Origin: Magallana gigas
Taxonomy: Eukaryota
Assembly (NCBI RefSeq): GCF_963853765.1
Contig: NC_088861.1
Coordinates: 26,350,001 to 26,414,000, forward strand
Reading direction: 5' to 3'
Length of the DNA: 64,000 nt
This document shows, piece by piece, positions 48,401-61,401 of the stretch; position 1 is the stretch's first letter, and each line of letters begins with the position of its first letter. A program made the position numbers and the translations under genes. The notes below the pieces were generated by a model that worked only from the letters and a program-made list of their open reading frames with translations, had not been told where the DNA came from and made no database searches.

Positions 48401-48680
48401 ATAAAGAAAGCACTATTGTGAAATCTAATTTTTATTTATTGACTCAATTAGCCAATAAAAGTGTTAATAAAAGAACGTAAGTAGTTATTGGTAATAAAAT
48501 ATCAAATGAATAATAATATCGATTAAACGCTGCACAAAAGGAACAGCAGTTTTTTGTAATGATTGGTATTGTACATTGTAAATACAGTCTGCTTGGTAAT
48601 CTGAGTCAAGTCTGTTGAGCTCGTGATCTAAACGATGCTTCTTTAGTTATCTAGTTTTTTAAAAACTAGAAGAATGCTTT

Positions 48681-48894
48681 CCGTATACCCGGTAATTTTC
48701 GCAATGATCAAATTTTCGCTATTTTCGCGATCTCTTTTAAATCACCAAGAATTGAATGCGTAGAATTTATATCCTGTATCCTTTTTATAAGAAACGCTTA
48801 AAATCGCAAAAAATAACTTACGCAAATTTAATATGAAGCAGATTTTCCCCATATTCGCAAATTTTGTAACACGCGAAAAAACCCGGATATACGG
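48681..48894. mobile_element. Tc1/mariner-like MITE
   Basis: TIR CCGTATACCCGG / CCGGATATACGG with TTTTCGCG-type internal motifs. Confidence 0.65.
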
Positions 48895-49204
48895 CATGTT
48901 CTTACGCCGGCAGCTGGGTCGTTCTTTGAATCGCGAAGATATTTGTCTTGTTATTGATATATAAATGACAAGCAATTTTCGCAAGAGATAGATAGATACA
49001 TACTTAGAGGATATGAATATTTTATAATTATGCAGTCATTTGTCAACTGCTATAAAAGTTGACAAGAAAACAGGAACATTGTGCTGGATGTTTATGCCAG
49101 TGCCAAGGTGTCATTTTTGCACCCTTTTAAGATGCAGTTTTAGGAAAATCTATACATACCATTGTCTAGATAGTTTATACCCCCTTTTGTTTTTAGTGTG
49201 TTTT

Positions 49205-49595
49205 ACCTGACAGGTGAGATATATCACCTGACAGGTGAGATATTTACCTTTAAGAATTAATAATCCTTAGGACAATAATAATTCCCATAGGAGAAATGAT
49301 TCTCCTTCAGGACATATTTGCAATCCTATGGAATTTTAAAAATCCTGTAGGATATATATCTTATTTAGGAGAAAGGTATTTCCTTTTAGGAATTTGATTT
49401 AGACAGGTAGGTTTCCAATAGGAAATTAAGATTTCTTTTCGGATTTTAGCAAATCGTATAGGAATTTAAAGACCTCTAGGGAGTTCTTGTATTCCGATAG
49501 AAAATTTCAAATAGGAATATTGTTTTTCCTCTGGGGGAAATTATTTTCCTGAAGGAATTCATTTTTGAAAGGTAAATATCTCACATGACAGGTGA
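49205..49595. mobile_element. TIR element with palindromic TCACCTGACAGGTGA termini; related sequence at about 60360-60590 and 61730-61900
   Basis: TCACCTGACAGGTGAGATATTTACCTT / AAGGTAAATATCTCACATGACAGGTGA. The upstream flank 49080-49200 is also repeated near 60360-60470. Confidence 0.65.
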
Positions 49596-50456
49596 TTACA
49601 TGAGGTATTTATTTATGGCATATTTGAATTTTTCTATACATGCAGCTTATTGAGCTTAGACGGGAACAAATATCCCACCTAGGCACTAGCATAAATATCC
49701 GGCACTGTTCAAATTTTGGCAATTCTTGAGGACCTTTCTGTACATAAAAATTTTGTAATGACAAAGCTACCAAAAATGCAGATGACATCAAAGTTCAAAA
49801 TACTTCTAACACAAATATTTGTTTTTAATATATTAAAACACTTTGCTCGATATTCATCATGAAGAATTACATCTAAACTCATGTTTCTCACCATAAACAA
49901 TTAGTAAAATGACCGATATTGAACGGTTTACCATCACCTACCGGCATATTTTGCTGTTGATAAATAAATTGATATATATTTTGTTTACTTAAAACACCAT
50001 TCGAATTTTCGACTAAGGTGGCCATGACCTCTCGAATAATTTGCTGTTTATGTCGTATTATTAATATTAAGGTTGCATTAATTGCATAATCATGATCAGA
50101 ACGTTGACGCCTACTTTTTCTGTAATGAATATAAGGTGACGTTAGAAAAAGGGTGAAAAAAAACCTGCGTCTGCATTGTATGCGTGGACAACATTAATTA
50201 TTTAGCAGTGACATTTTATGCTTGTAACGTATACCGCCAAAGACACGATCTATTACGGAATGCAACACAAATTACGTAAACATAAAGGATGAATTAAGCT
50301 ATCGTGCATTTTAAACATGACTTGTATAAAATCGGAACATCTACATGCATGCATATTTTGCCGGCATTAAACTTCTTAAAGATTTCTATACTATAAGTAC
50401 GACTTTGGGTCATTAGACATTTTAAACATCCTTAATCAATTTTAATAAAACACCTT

Positions 50457-50576
50457 TTGTCGCCATATTATTAGTGGACTTATAATATGAGTTCCTTAAC
50501 AATGAATCAAGACGCTTTGTCGCCATATTATTAGTGGACCTTAATATGAGTTCCTTAACAATGAATCAAGACGCTC
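50457..50576 (+). repeat. 60-bp direct tandem duplication
   Basis: TTTGTCGCCATATTATTAGTGGAC..TAATATGAGTTCCTTAACAATGAATCAAGACGC occurs twice. Confidence 0.95.
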
Positions 50577-50598
50577 TCTTAACTCGAAATTCATTATA

Positions 50599-50821
50599 CT
50601 GTAAACCAACTTTTATTCGCGTGCGAGAAATTTCTGCGAGATTAGCGGGGGTATAAGCCAAATTAAAATATTTCTCGGCGCGAACCAGTCATCAAAGCAT
50701 CTCGTGTATTCGTTGTAGGATAATCTACATCTTGGTCGCAAAAATTAGTGGCCGCAAACCACTTTGACTTCGGTTGATCGCAAAATAAAGTTGTCGCTAA
50801 TAGAAGTTTTTTTTTTTTCAG
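50599..50821. mobile_element. Tc1/mariner-like MITE with TA TSD
   Basis: TA|CTGTAAACCAAC ... TTTTCAG|TA. Confidence 0.6.
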
Positions 50822-53249
50822 TATACAATATTATGTATATTTGAAAAATTAATCAAATTTAGATTTTAGTTTCAAGATGTTACTTTGTAATTGGAAATTG
50901 CTGTGCTATCAGTCTCTACTTTGAGTGTGCATTTAATGATGATTATTATACCGATAAATGTTCATCCAATACAAGGAAAGCAACAACTATCACTTGAACG
51001 TTTGATGAAAGATTCAGATGCAATGACAAATGTTCCTCATTTGAGCAAAATTGTTTTCCGCAAATCTATCATCGCAACTACATGCACAATGAAGATTTGT
51101 ACTGACAGTTTAAAACTTTTAAAATATGATTCGATAAATACCGTTTGTTTCCACCAATTCTTGCACAAGTGGCAATTTCTAAAAGAAAGCCTATCTCAAT
51201 ATGATTTTCAATAATTTACCATTCGGAATTTCATTTACATGATTTTACAATTGTACATAGATATGATTCAGTTTTTGTGAAGATTTTTTTTATTGTATCG
51301 GGTTTTCCCATTTAGTTTGCTCACAGAACATGATCACTTTTTTGTTTTTGCACTTTATAGACGCACGTGTACGACCGTCAATCAATCATTATGTTGTCAC
51401 AATGTTTAGACGTTTCTCGCCTGTGCGCACTGCATGCTTAGCAAGTCAGATCCTAACGCTGTGACACATGCCTTAAATTATCAGATAAATAGCTGCCCAA
51501 AGAGTTAATATTGTGTTATATTTTTTAATCTGGAAAACAATTTGTACACAACTGTTTTTGATGATTTAATAATTAGAATTGACTGATATTTAATTGGACG
51601 GGGAGTAGAGGAATCAGATCGGTAATATAAATGTCAGAACCAACCACGGGAGGCACTCATAAATGATAAATTGAAAAAAACCCTTAGACTATTTTGGTGG
51701 TTATGGTTAGATAAAAGAATCACCTGGAGACCATAAAGGGAAATAATACCAATGAGTATTACTAAAAACACCCCCCCCCCTTCACCCTTACAAAAAATCA
51801 CACAGAACGAAACATATACAAAAAGAACGAGATTTATAGCTGCAACCAAATTAACTTTACCTCAGCTTTACCTCAGCTTTCTTTAACTTCCATTTGGTTG
51901 ACTTATTTCTTAATTAAAACTAATGACGCTTGTTTACTATTCGTATCCCATGCGTTTTACATGTATTGCGATATCAAATGGGTTTTACATAATAAAATTG
52001 TGCAATGCAGAATCCTCACATATAATTTGTTTTTAAAAAACATTACTACTTCTTTTAAAACTTTTATTCTTATTTGATGCAATACATGTATATATGAATA
52101 TTAGCAGTTGCAATCAACATCGTACAGTTTGTCTACCTAGTTAAAATATTTTGAAATGAAGCTAAAAACAAAACAGTTTTTCGAAATAAACACATTGGTT
52201 TTAAACTGTTAGCTATAGGTAAAAAAAAGTGAAGTTGCCGACTAAAGAGTAATGATTTATTGTTTAAGAAATTGAGCCCATTTTGCAGTAGTGTCTCACT
52301 GTTGCCATAATTATTTACAGACATCATGTCCAAAGATTCAATGCATATTGATGATTTAATAAATGAATATTAAGGCAAACAAAAGGTTACCTTAGCGACT
52401 CGTCAAACTGAATATCAAAAACACATTGCAGTGTAACAACTAAGAATACAAAGTGTTTCTGTAACATTTTGAAAAACTCTAAAATAAGTTCAATTAAAAC
52501 TGTAGTCAAAAAGACGCTATGGAACGCAATCTTAAATACTCGGTTAGGGGGAAGTGGGGGAAGGGGGGGGGGGGTTAACGTGGAAAGGTGTCAATGAAAT
52601 ACAGGTAATTTTTCTTTAAAGAATAAATCGTTTGGTACATGTACGCCTTAGATATTGTGACTCTAACAGTCGAAACATTCAAAGTTATGATGTATTTCCT
52701 CTGCGACTGTGTTTAAAATATATTATACTTTCATTAGAATTAATTATTTAACAACTTCAAATAACACAAGCTTCAAATAAAGGAAATTCAATTTTTTTTT
52801 GCATCCGAACATACGTGAGTTTATAAGAAACTTACTGGATCGACGAAGCATCCTCTTCCATCTGATGAAATTATAAAATTGCTGAATACCACCACCACCG
52901 CTATCCAAATCAAATTCATTTAAGATGTTGGAAAAATTAAACGACCGTATGAGCTGTGCTCTGTTTAAACAAGATTTGACAACATAGCTTTCCTGTAGAA
53001 TTTCATCAATTATAAGCATAGCCGTGCCTACACAGAGCACGTGAAATATTTCCAATACTTTTTCATCGATGCCCGGAATGTATTTAGTCTTGCGCCGAGA
53101 GGTCGGTCACCATCGGTATTGGAATTGTTATTTGTTTTGAATACCATAGCCATTTCTCTATCCTATTGTTACATTGTAATGCAAAAACATGATGAAGATG
53201 TGAATTTTTTTATTACAGAGAAAAGCATATTTCTTGTTACTATAGTTCG

Positions 53250-53313
53250 TCTCTCTCTCTCTCCTCTTTATTTCTCTCTCCCTTTCTCTCTTACTCTCTC
53301 TCTCTCTCTCTCT
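53250..53313. repeat. Interrupted (CT)n microsatellite
   Basis: Directly visible. Confidence 0.9.
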
Positions 53314-55354
53314 CAGGCAATATTGGGGGACTTAACCTGTCCGTAGGTGAAAACAGTTCTTGAAAGTGCCTAATCACCTCTCACACCCAGGTTACACGAC
53401 CTATATTCCTTCATTCAATTTTTAAAAACAATTTTACCACAGCTGGTTGATATCTGTATTAACCATAAATTGCATGCAAATTTTGGTACCATCAGTTAAG
53501 CTTATCTATGTAAACCGTTAACATTCTCAAAATTAAGCTACGCTACTGCAGAAGAAAGTCATTAAATATAAATGATTAAGGAGATTCAAGTCATACGATT
53601 TCTGCAGCTGTGCGTACATTAACCAGTTTGGAAACAAAATTTTTTTTCCACATAACTGAAAGACCGACTTCTTTTAACAATTTTAAGACGAAGAATGCCA
53701 AACATAAAGTTTCGGGTGGGGCAAGTCGCCTTTTCCATCAATTTTTATCATCTACACCATCCAAACTTAAAACTTTCCTCTTGAGTTTTTTTTCTTTTTT
53801 CTTTTTTTTGGGGGTGTTCAAGGCCAAATCTTGATTATGCATCTTTTAATTTAATCTCTATACTGGATTCGCATATATTTATATTGTTGAAAGAAATCAC
53901 TGCATTGTTCATTTGGAATTCAAACATGCCCACGTATTTCAAACTTATTTTGCTTTGTACTTTAGGATAATGTTTTAAGAAATTTTTTCACAAATCTCCA
54001 AATGGGAGTATCATGTCATTATTTTAACCACACCAAATGTTACGAAAAAAGGTTAATCTTATTGCACTCTAAACTGATCCAGACTTGATATGCGTGCTAT
54101 TGTTTTGTCTGTACTTTTATTATTGGGCTAGATAAGACTTGATAGATAACATCCATAAGCCAATAAAAGGTTTCACAGAACAACAAAAATGAGACAACAT
54201 GGTCAAATAGATATTGCTCAGTTCATGAGCTCGCAAGCACGTGAACGCGTAATAAATAAAATGATTGCACTCTTAATCATTTTTTTTATTTATAACAGTT
54301 TTTATTATTCAGTTTATTTATATTGTGCTTATTGACTATTTTTTTTTGATAATGTTGTGAACTATTCAGAATAACCAAACTTGCTTTTAACACACTCACT
54401 CTCTTTACAGAAGTATAATATTATATTTAGGATAAGCTTTTAATTCATTGATCAACCAGATAAACGTTGAAATTGATTTTAGTACATTATCAGCAAGGTT
54501 AAAGAGACCATATTTTTCAAGTTTTCTTTATTAGTTTATGATATGCTTTTCTTTTGACCTATATCATTTGAACCTGTTAGGTAACCTATATTAAAGTTTC
54601 CCATACTGACACTTTTTATTTTCTAAATGAATGACTTTGTTAGAAGGACAGTTGAAATCGATTTGAGGAAAAAGTGTCCAAGATGTTCTCTTAAGTAATT
54701 TCGGATTCTCACCTGCTGTCAAAATAAAATGTAAAGATTAAAAACAAATTCTTAAAAAGATTTATAAAGAAAAAAAATAACATAAATTTATCCGTCCGTA
54801 AGTTCTCGAAACATAGCAATCATGCCAATCTATTTTCGGCATTATCATCCGGGTTATTTTAAGATTTGTGCAATACAATTCCCCCCAAACTTTTTATGAG
54901 TAGCCGGGTATTTCAACTAGACGCAAAGGAGAGGGCGTTTATGACAAGAAATCTTGGACCGTTTTTATTCTACATTCAATTCATATAGTGTTGAGATAAG
55001 GTTTTTATTTCAAATATCAAATTGTTAATTAAAAACTGATGAAGCGGGAACTATAAACGGACTTAGGAATAAAATGCATCATTTTTGGGAGTTGATTTTA
55101 ATCAACTCTCCTATGTAGTTACTCAGACAAACCAAAAGTGAAACAGTGTTTGGACCTCAGCACAAATCATTGCTGCTGACAAGACTTAGTTCTTGAAAAT
55201 AATCGATAAATTCGATGAAATGTATGCTAAAGCATTCAATTTGTTTTTCAAGGAAACTTATTTATAAATACCTTGAAAATAGTCAGATTTTAAATGGTAC
55301 GAACAATTTAAATATTTTTTGTAGTCGTATGTATTCCTACGCCAGAATTCAATA

Positions 55355-55443
55355 TAGTCTCGTTCAACTCGACGCTCGGCTGTCTCCGTAAATCCTTGTC
55401 GGAGATAAACGTTGTCAGCCGAGCGTTTGGTTGAACGAGACTA
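55355..55443. mobile_element. Academ-type MITE with 10-bp TSD
   Basis: GAATTCAATA|TAGTCTCGTTCAAC ... GTTGAACGAGACTA|GAGTTCAATA. Confidence 0.8.
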
Positions 55444-55499
55444 GAGTTCAATATTGCTTGGATCCATACAATTTTCGAGAAATATTTCTATTACTGATA

Positions 55500-55718
55500 C
55501 TGTGGAATCATTAAATTTCGTGGGGGCCAATTTTCGTGGATTGCTTAAATTTTACAGGTTCGTGGGGACGGAATTTCGTGTATTCTTATATATCTACAAA
55601 AGGAAATATGACTTTATTACCCTAATTTATCAGTTCGTGGAGGATGTTATTTCGTGGATGAGAGGTACCCAGGAATTCCACGAAAATTGAGCCACCACGA
55701 AATCTAATGATTCCACAG
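55500..55718. mobile_element. Tc1/mariner-like MITE with TA TSD nested in HINE copy B
   Basis: Perfect TIR TA|CTGTGGAATCATTA ... TAATGATTCCACAG|TA. Confidence 0.85.
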
Positions 55719-57288
55719 TACATAGTTTATTGCATTTATTTTATCTTTAAATAATTATTATTAAACATGATTCATATGGGGGTTTCTCGACATTCTTGTC
55801 AAAAACGTCCTAAAATTCATATTATAAAAATGTGCGTAATTCAAATTAGAAACTACATGTACTTGTCATGCAAAATAACATATCATTGATTTTAAAATAG
55901 ATAAACATCGACAAAATCAATTCCCGTCAGTTCTTCAGTACTTTGATTAAAACATGTTATCAAATTTGAGAAACCCTCTCTCTGCGTTAGTATTGTAATA
56001 TCTTTTGTAAAACGACACCTCAGTTTTTTGTATTATTTAATTATACCTTTAATACATAATAACCCTTAAAATCACATGCACGTAGTACATTAGTGAATGC
56101 ATGCAAGTTTGCTACATTTTGTAATATTTTAAAGGACAAAAATTAGATAAAACGCCTCGTCCACATGCGTTTCTGTGATAATGGATTCAAAGACATAATG
56201 CTGTTTCAATAAGAATTGTTCAACATAAGGAAGAAATACATATACCATAATCAAAGCTATCATTTGATTTTTCTGTGAAATAACGAATGCAGCATGACAT
56301 CAAACATTCAATATTTCTTCTCGTCATACAATACATACTTGGCTGATTACAACCTGCACGAAATATGCTTTAATAATACGGAAATTTAGGCACCATTTTC
56401 CTGTATTTTTATGCTTTTTGCGGATTAGTTTCCGATGCAATATCAGATAAACTTTTGCTCGGTTCCCGGTAATGATCCTCGCCATGTCATTAGAGAATTA
56501 GAAGAAGCCTTGCCACGCGCTAAATAACCTCATTTTGGTTTATGGTATTTGTTTATTTTTATCTCTCCATTAGTTTATTGGATTGGGAAAATAAATCTAA
56601 TCAGGTTGCAAGGTATAGCTTGAAACGTCATTTATATATGTATGATGAACAAAAACTTCAAAAAACGAAAGTTTGATTTTGTCTAGTTGATATTAAGGGC
56701 ATCTTAAATGGACATCAAATTGCACATTGACCATGGCCACTTTAATAAAAAAAAAAGAAATGATTTAAAACAACATATATTATTTTTGAGTTTTAATTCA
56801 TTAGATAAACCCAATGGTGATTGTCTAAATCTATTTGACAAATAAATCTATCGTGAGGGAATATCAAATGAGAGTGATTCCTTGAACAAATAGATGGGAA
56901 CGTTTGGATTATATTGATTTGAAAATGACATGATGGTATGGGTTACCCAATGCATCGCATATATATTTGTTAATGTTTTATTTATGTAATAAATCAAACG
57001 AACACCAAAACAGAAACAAGAGGACAATGGACCACATCGTTCATCTGATCACCGATAGCTTACAAAACTCAGATCACACAAAGTATAATCTCCCTAAACA
57101 TACGATAGCGGCCCCTTTTTGTAGGTTGAACTATAAAAAAATCTTATCATGATTTCAATATTTGTAAAAAAAGATTGAAGAAAGCTTTGATCGCTTTATA
57201 TTTTAAAAATTGACGCATTATCAATAATTTTGTAGGCCTACCAAGAGTGAAATTTGTTTTGGTTTTGCGACTATGTTCTTGCAATGAA

Positions 57289-57800
57289 TAATCAAAGTAT
57301 TGAAGAACTGACGGGAGTTGATTTTATCGATTATTACTAATTTTAGAATCAATGATAAATTATTTTGCATGGCAAGTAGATTCCTATATGTATTTGAATT
57401 ATGCACATTTTTTAAAATATGAATTATTCTTCGACAAGAATTTCGCGAAAACCCCATCTGAATCATGTTGTGTAATATTCAAAGAATTCCATCAAACTAC
57501 GTATCAGTAATCGATATTTCAAAGAAATAGTATGGATCCAAGCAATATTGAACTCTAGTCTCGTTCAACCAGACGCTCGGATGTCTCCGTCAATATAAGA
57601 TAAGCAAGACAGACTCTCTGCTTGTCGGAGATTTACGGATATATTGAACTGTGGCGTAGGAATACATACAATGTACGACTGCAAAAAATATCTATGAAAA
57701 ACAATGTTTTAGAATACATTACATCGAATTTATCGATTATTTTCAAGGGGTTAATGTTATCAGCAGTGTTAGTTTGTGCTTAGTTCTGTTAATAAAATAA
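57289..57800 (-). mobile_element. HINE copy C (reverse, truncated) with partially deleted Academ MITE at 57556-57641
   Basis: Reverse complement of the copy A/B 3' end (GACGGGAGTTGATTTT). TATTGAACTC|TAGTCTCGTTCAACCAGACGCTCGG. Confidence 0.75.
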
Positions 57801-58376
57801 ATTATATGGGCGGATTCGAGTACAATAGGGGATATATATATATGTGCAAAGATTACAGCATTTACCGTAATATTTATCTTCTTTTGTTGCTATCCCTAAA
57901 TCCCCAATGTAAGCCATAGATTGTAACGCTATAGAAGTTCGATCTGTACATCTTTCATTGCCGTGTTTCTTGGTCGCGATGAAATTATCAATTTATACCG
58001 AACCTCTACCAAACCTATAAGAGTGCTTTATGTTATATCAAATAACTTCAAATATACGGTGAACTGCATTATTTAAAAACAGTAAATACACATAAAACAA
58101 ACAAAAATGCACAAAGTTTGATACCACAAAATGACTAATTTTAATTACTTCGGCACGTGATTCAGGTGTGTACCGTGGTGTTATCAAATTGAAGGGTTTA
58201 TAAACCTGTGTGACTGTGCCTTTTTACGGGTGATTAATGTTCATCATTAAACAGATCGGACGAGACTCGTTGACATATTGTATTATCTATTCACCATATT
58301 GTATATATAGTCACATCGAACACAGTTATTAATATGCAAATAACGTGATACATTGTATGTGTATATCAGATGTAAG

Positions 58377-58572
58377 GTGTCGAAGTAGCGTAGTGGACAA
58401 TGCACTCGCTTGTCACCGCTGCGACCCGAGTTCGATCCCTGTGATCGACAGTGGTGGTATGTGATAGGGTATGGTGGTCGCCCGCTTGAACAGGTGGGTT
58501 CTCTCTGGGTACTCTGGCTTCTTCCCACACCAATGACCGAACTTGCTTATCAATCTTGTAAAATAAATAAAG
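58377..58572 (+). mobile_element. tRNA-derived SINE with V/Meta-type core
   Basis: A box TAGCGTAGTGG, B box GAGTTCGATCC, core GGTGGGTTCTCTCTGGGTACTCTGGCTTCTTCCCAC, A-rich tail. Confidence 0.85.
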
Positions 58573-59412
58573 TTCAGTTTTATGTCAGATGTGATACTTT
58601 AATAGAGTTCGAGAAAGGTAATCATCATCAGTTGATAATTAGGAGGGCCAGAAGGGTGTTTGCCTTATTAAAAATCAAATACAAGTTGCTGTCCTTTAAA
58701 AAAAGACTGCAATACGTGGACCATTTGCATGTGTTACCAACGAAAACGTGAAAGCCCTAAAATTATCACAGATTCCATCGACTCTAGCCCCCTGTATTTA
58801 ACTACTAAATTTGTACGTTGTATTATGTATATGTATAGTTGACTTTTAATCTCAGAATTTAAAGGGTTCATACTTCTAAAATAATTATGATCTATATTAA
58901 TCAAGATTGCATGTATAGTGTAAGGCATTCGGCGAATTCTACTATTTGCGCACATTACGCTTCGCACTACTTTGTTAACTATGCAGTGACAGCTTTGTGT
59001 AAATCATTTTCATATTTTGATGCATTTTTCTTGAGATTTAAACTTTAATACATGTACAGTGACATAAATGTATTATATACAGTCACATAATTATTCACTC
59101 ATACTTAAATAATTTAAATCGGGAAGTACTCTAGCCTCGCCTTCTATAAAAGTAAAGTTCAGCTACATGTGTATTCAGAAAACAACAAAACATTGCAAAT
59201 TATGCTATTTTATGCATGTTGTAGTTTCGGCATAACATTACCTTATTTCATAATACTGACAGTTAATATCACATGCCAATCATTTCTTTAAAAGGAATAG
59301 ATTACTTTGTTTCTGTAATGTTTACCGACATTTTTACAATTACAGCGTCTTTGAACTTACATACATTTGCATATGGCATGGAATCCCGATCCCAATTCAG
59401 ATAAACCTGTGC

Positions 59413-59457
59413 TAGCCTGGTTCCCTGAGCTACCCATTACGCAGAGGAACCAGGCTA
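59413..59457. repeat. 45-bp mini inverted-repeat element with Academ-like TAG...CTA ends
   Basis: TAGCCTGGTTCC ... GGAACCAGGCTA; no TSD seen. Confidence 0.55.
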
Positions 59458-60586
59458 GCTCATGCGCAGGCTGAATTTTCCACATAGCATCCGGTTTAAC
59501 CTCGCTTATATATTTTCTGCGTGGACCTCAGGGTCCACGCAATAAGCAAATCTCAGTACAATTTACTTCTTTCACTTATAAACATATTTTGACAAAATAC
59601 ATTGACAAGCTAATAAGAAAAAAATCTCCAAATCTGTACCCGATGTCGTAAACGTAGATGTAAACTCAAATAAAGGGTTCGTTGACGTCTAAAATGGAAT
59701 TCACAAAATAACGTTGACGTAGGGTTACGTCACAAATAGACGTAAATTGCCGTCTGCTCTTGAGGTATATTATATTGATTAATTCTGAGTATGTCAGCAT
59801 TTGTTTGCGTTGGCGAGTGAAAGAAATTTAAGGCGACATCGAGTTTTTCATGACCGATTTCTTTGAATTTCTGCAGCGATAGAGAGTGTTAAAGAGGTAT
59901 ACGTTTCCAAGGCATGCCTTATTGGATCTTGTCCAACAGATGGAGACTTGAATCGAACGACCGACAAGCAGATCCCATCATCTGCATATCTTTTTTAATG
60001 GTTATAAATATGCTGATATTTAGCCCGATGCTATTTAAATCTAATTAGACTACACCCAAAGCAATTTAAACAACCAACAAAAAAAACCAGTCCGAAAAAT
60101 TAATTCATTATCAAGGTATCTATTATATCTTTTTAAAAATCCGTTATCCAACAAGAAGACATGAAAACATTAACAAATACAAAAAACTTTACTCCATAGT
60201 GTTGGCAATTCTTTAGTCCTCGCAAAAGGAGAATTTGAGTCAGAGACTACAGTAATACATGGGCTCTTCCAGCCAACATTCGGTAGAGCGCTTATTGGAA
60301 TAACTGCATGACGCGCTAAAAGACAGCTAACATTGTAGAATAATGTGACGGAAAACTATGCAAGTGTCAAGGTGGCATTTATGCGTCCGTTTAAGATGCA
60401 GTTGCGGGAATATGATGGACCATTGTAAAGAGAGTAATATATGACCACTTTTGTTTTAGTGTGTTTCACCTGACAGGTGAGATAATTACCTTTAAAAATT
60501 AATATCCAATCGGAAAATAATTCTCATATTGATTCTCCTACAGCAAATATTGACAATCCTGTAAGATTTTCCAAAAATCCTATAGG

Positions 60587-60589
<3 letters not shown>

Positions 60590-60664
<75 letters not shown>
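60590..60664. repeat. (TA)n microsatellite
   Basis: Directly visible; a second imperfect array lies at about 61329-61401. Confidence 0.95.
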
Positions 60665-60667
<3 letters not shown>

Positions 60668-61185
60668 GAAGTATATTCTCACAATATAACTCTATATAGA
60701 CGAATAGTCAATAACTGTAATATTAACTCGTCCGAAAAATATTGACCGGTCAATATTTTTTTTGATATTGACCGGCTAGGAATAATATCTATAGAACATT
60801 CCCTCTATTTCAAAAAATCGCCTCTGATTTGTTGATTCGTAAACGATGACGTAAATAACTCTTCGCGACTCCAAAACAAGGTGACGTCATAATAGACAGT
60901 CAGTCAAGGCAAGTAAACAAAGGACGCGCAATGCAGCGGTTTGCTATCATAACGGATATAAGGATTTGCGAATTACTGTTAAGTAAAATCAGGTAGAACA
61001 TCTTTATGTTAATTCTTACGGTCGGCGGAATATCACCAGTGACCGTTTGATGCTGAGGATATTTGTGAAATGAACTTTGCCCAAAATTGAATTCGTTAAT
61101 TCTTTGTAGAGCTGAGAAAATTCCTGCGCTCTGTTTTCAATTACTTTCTTAAATTTTGGTTTGTTTCTTCATATAACAAAACAAA

Positions 61186-61321
61186 TGTTGACTGTGTTTT
61201 CGGGCAACATTGATTATATTAGCCCCCTTGGGACGAAAATATTGCCCTCCGCTTCGCGTCGGGCAATATTTCGTCCCTCGGGGGCTAATATAATCAATGT
61301 TGCCCTCAACCACAGACAATA
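61186..61321. repeat. Long GC-capped hairpin/palindrome
   Basis: GGGCAACATTGATTATATTAGCCCCC...CCGCTTCGCGTCGG...GGGGGCTAATATAATCAATGTTGCCC. Confidence 0.85.
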
Positions 61322-61329
61322 TTTGTCTA

Positions 61330-61401
<72 letters not shown>

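Larger units (their letters stand above)
55082..55950 (+). mobile_element. HINE copy B (homologous to 10265-10955) with two nested MITEs
   Basis: GGGAGTTGATT-TT-AATCAACTCTCC 5' hairpin; 3' subTIR AAAATCAATTCCC. Confidence 0.8.

Noticed and set aside
50891-51230. 107-aa ORF with hydrophobic start; an overlapping frame interrupted only by TGA (numt or recoding?)
   Set aside because: Starts with TTG directly after a stop, and there is no resemblance to mitochondrial proteins or selenoprotein motifs; likely chance in AT-rich DNA.
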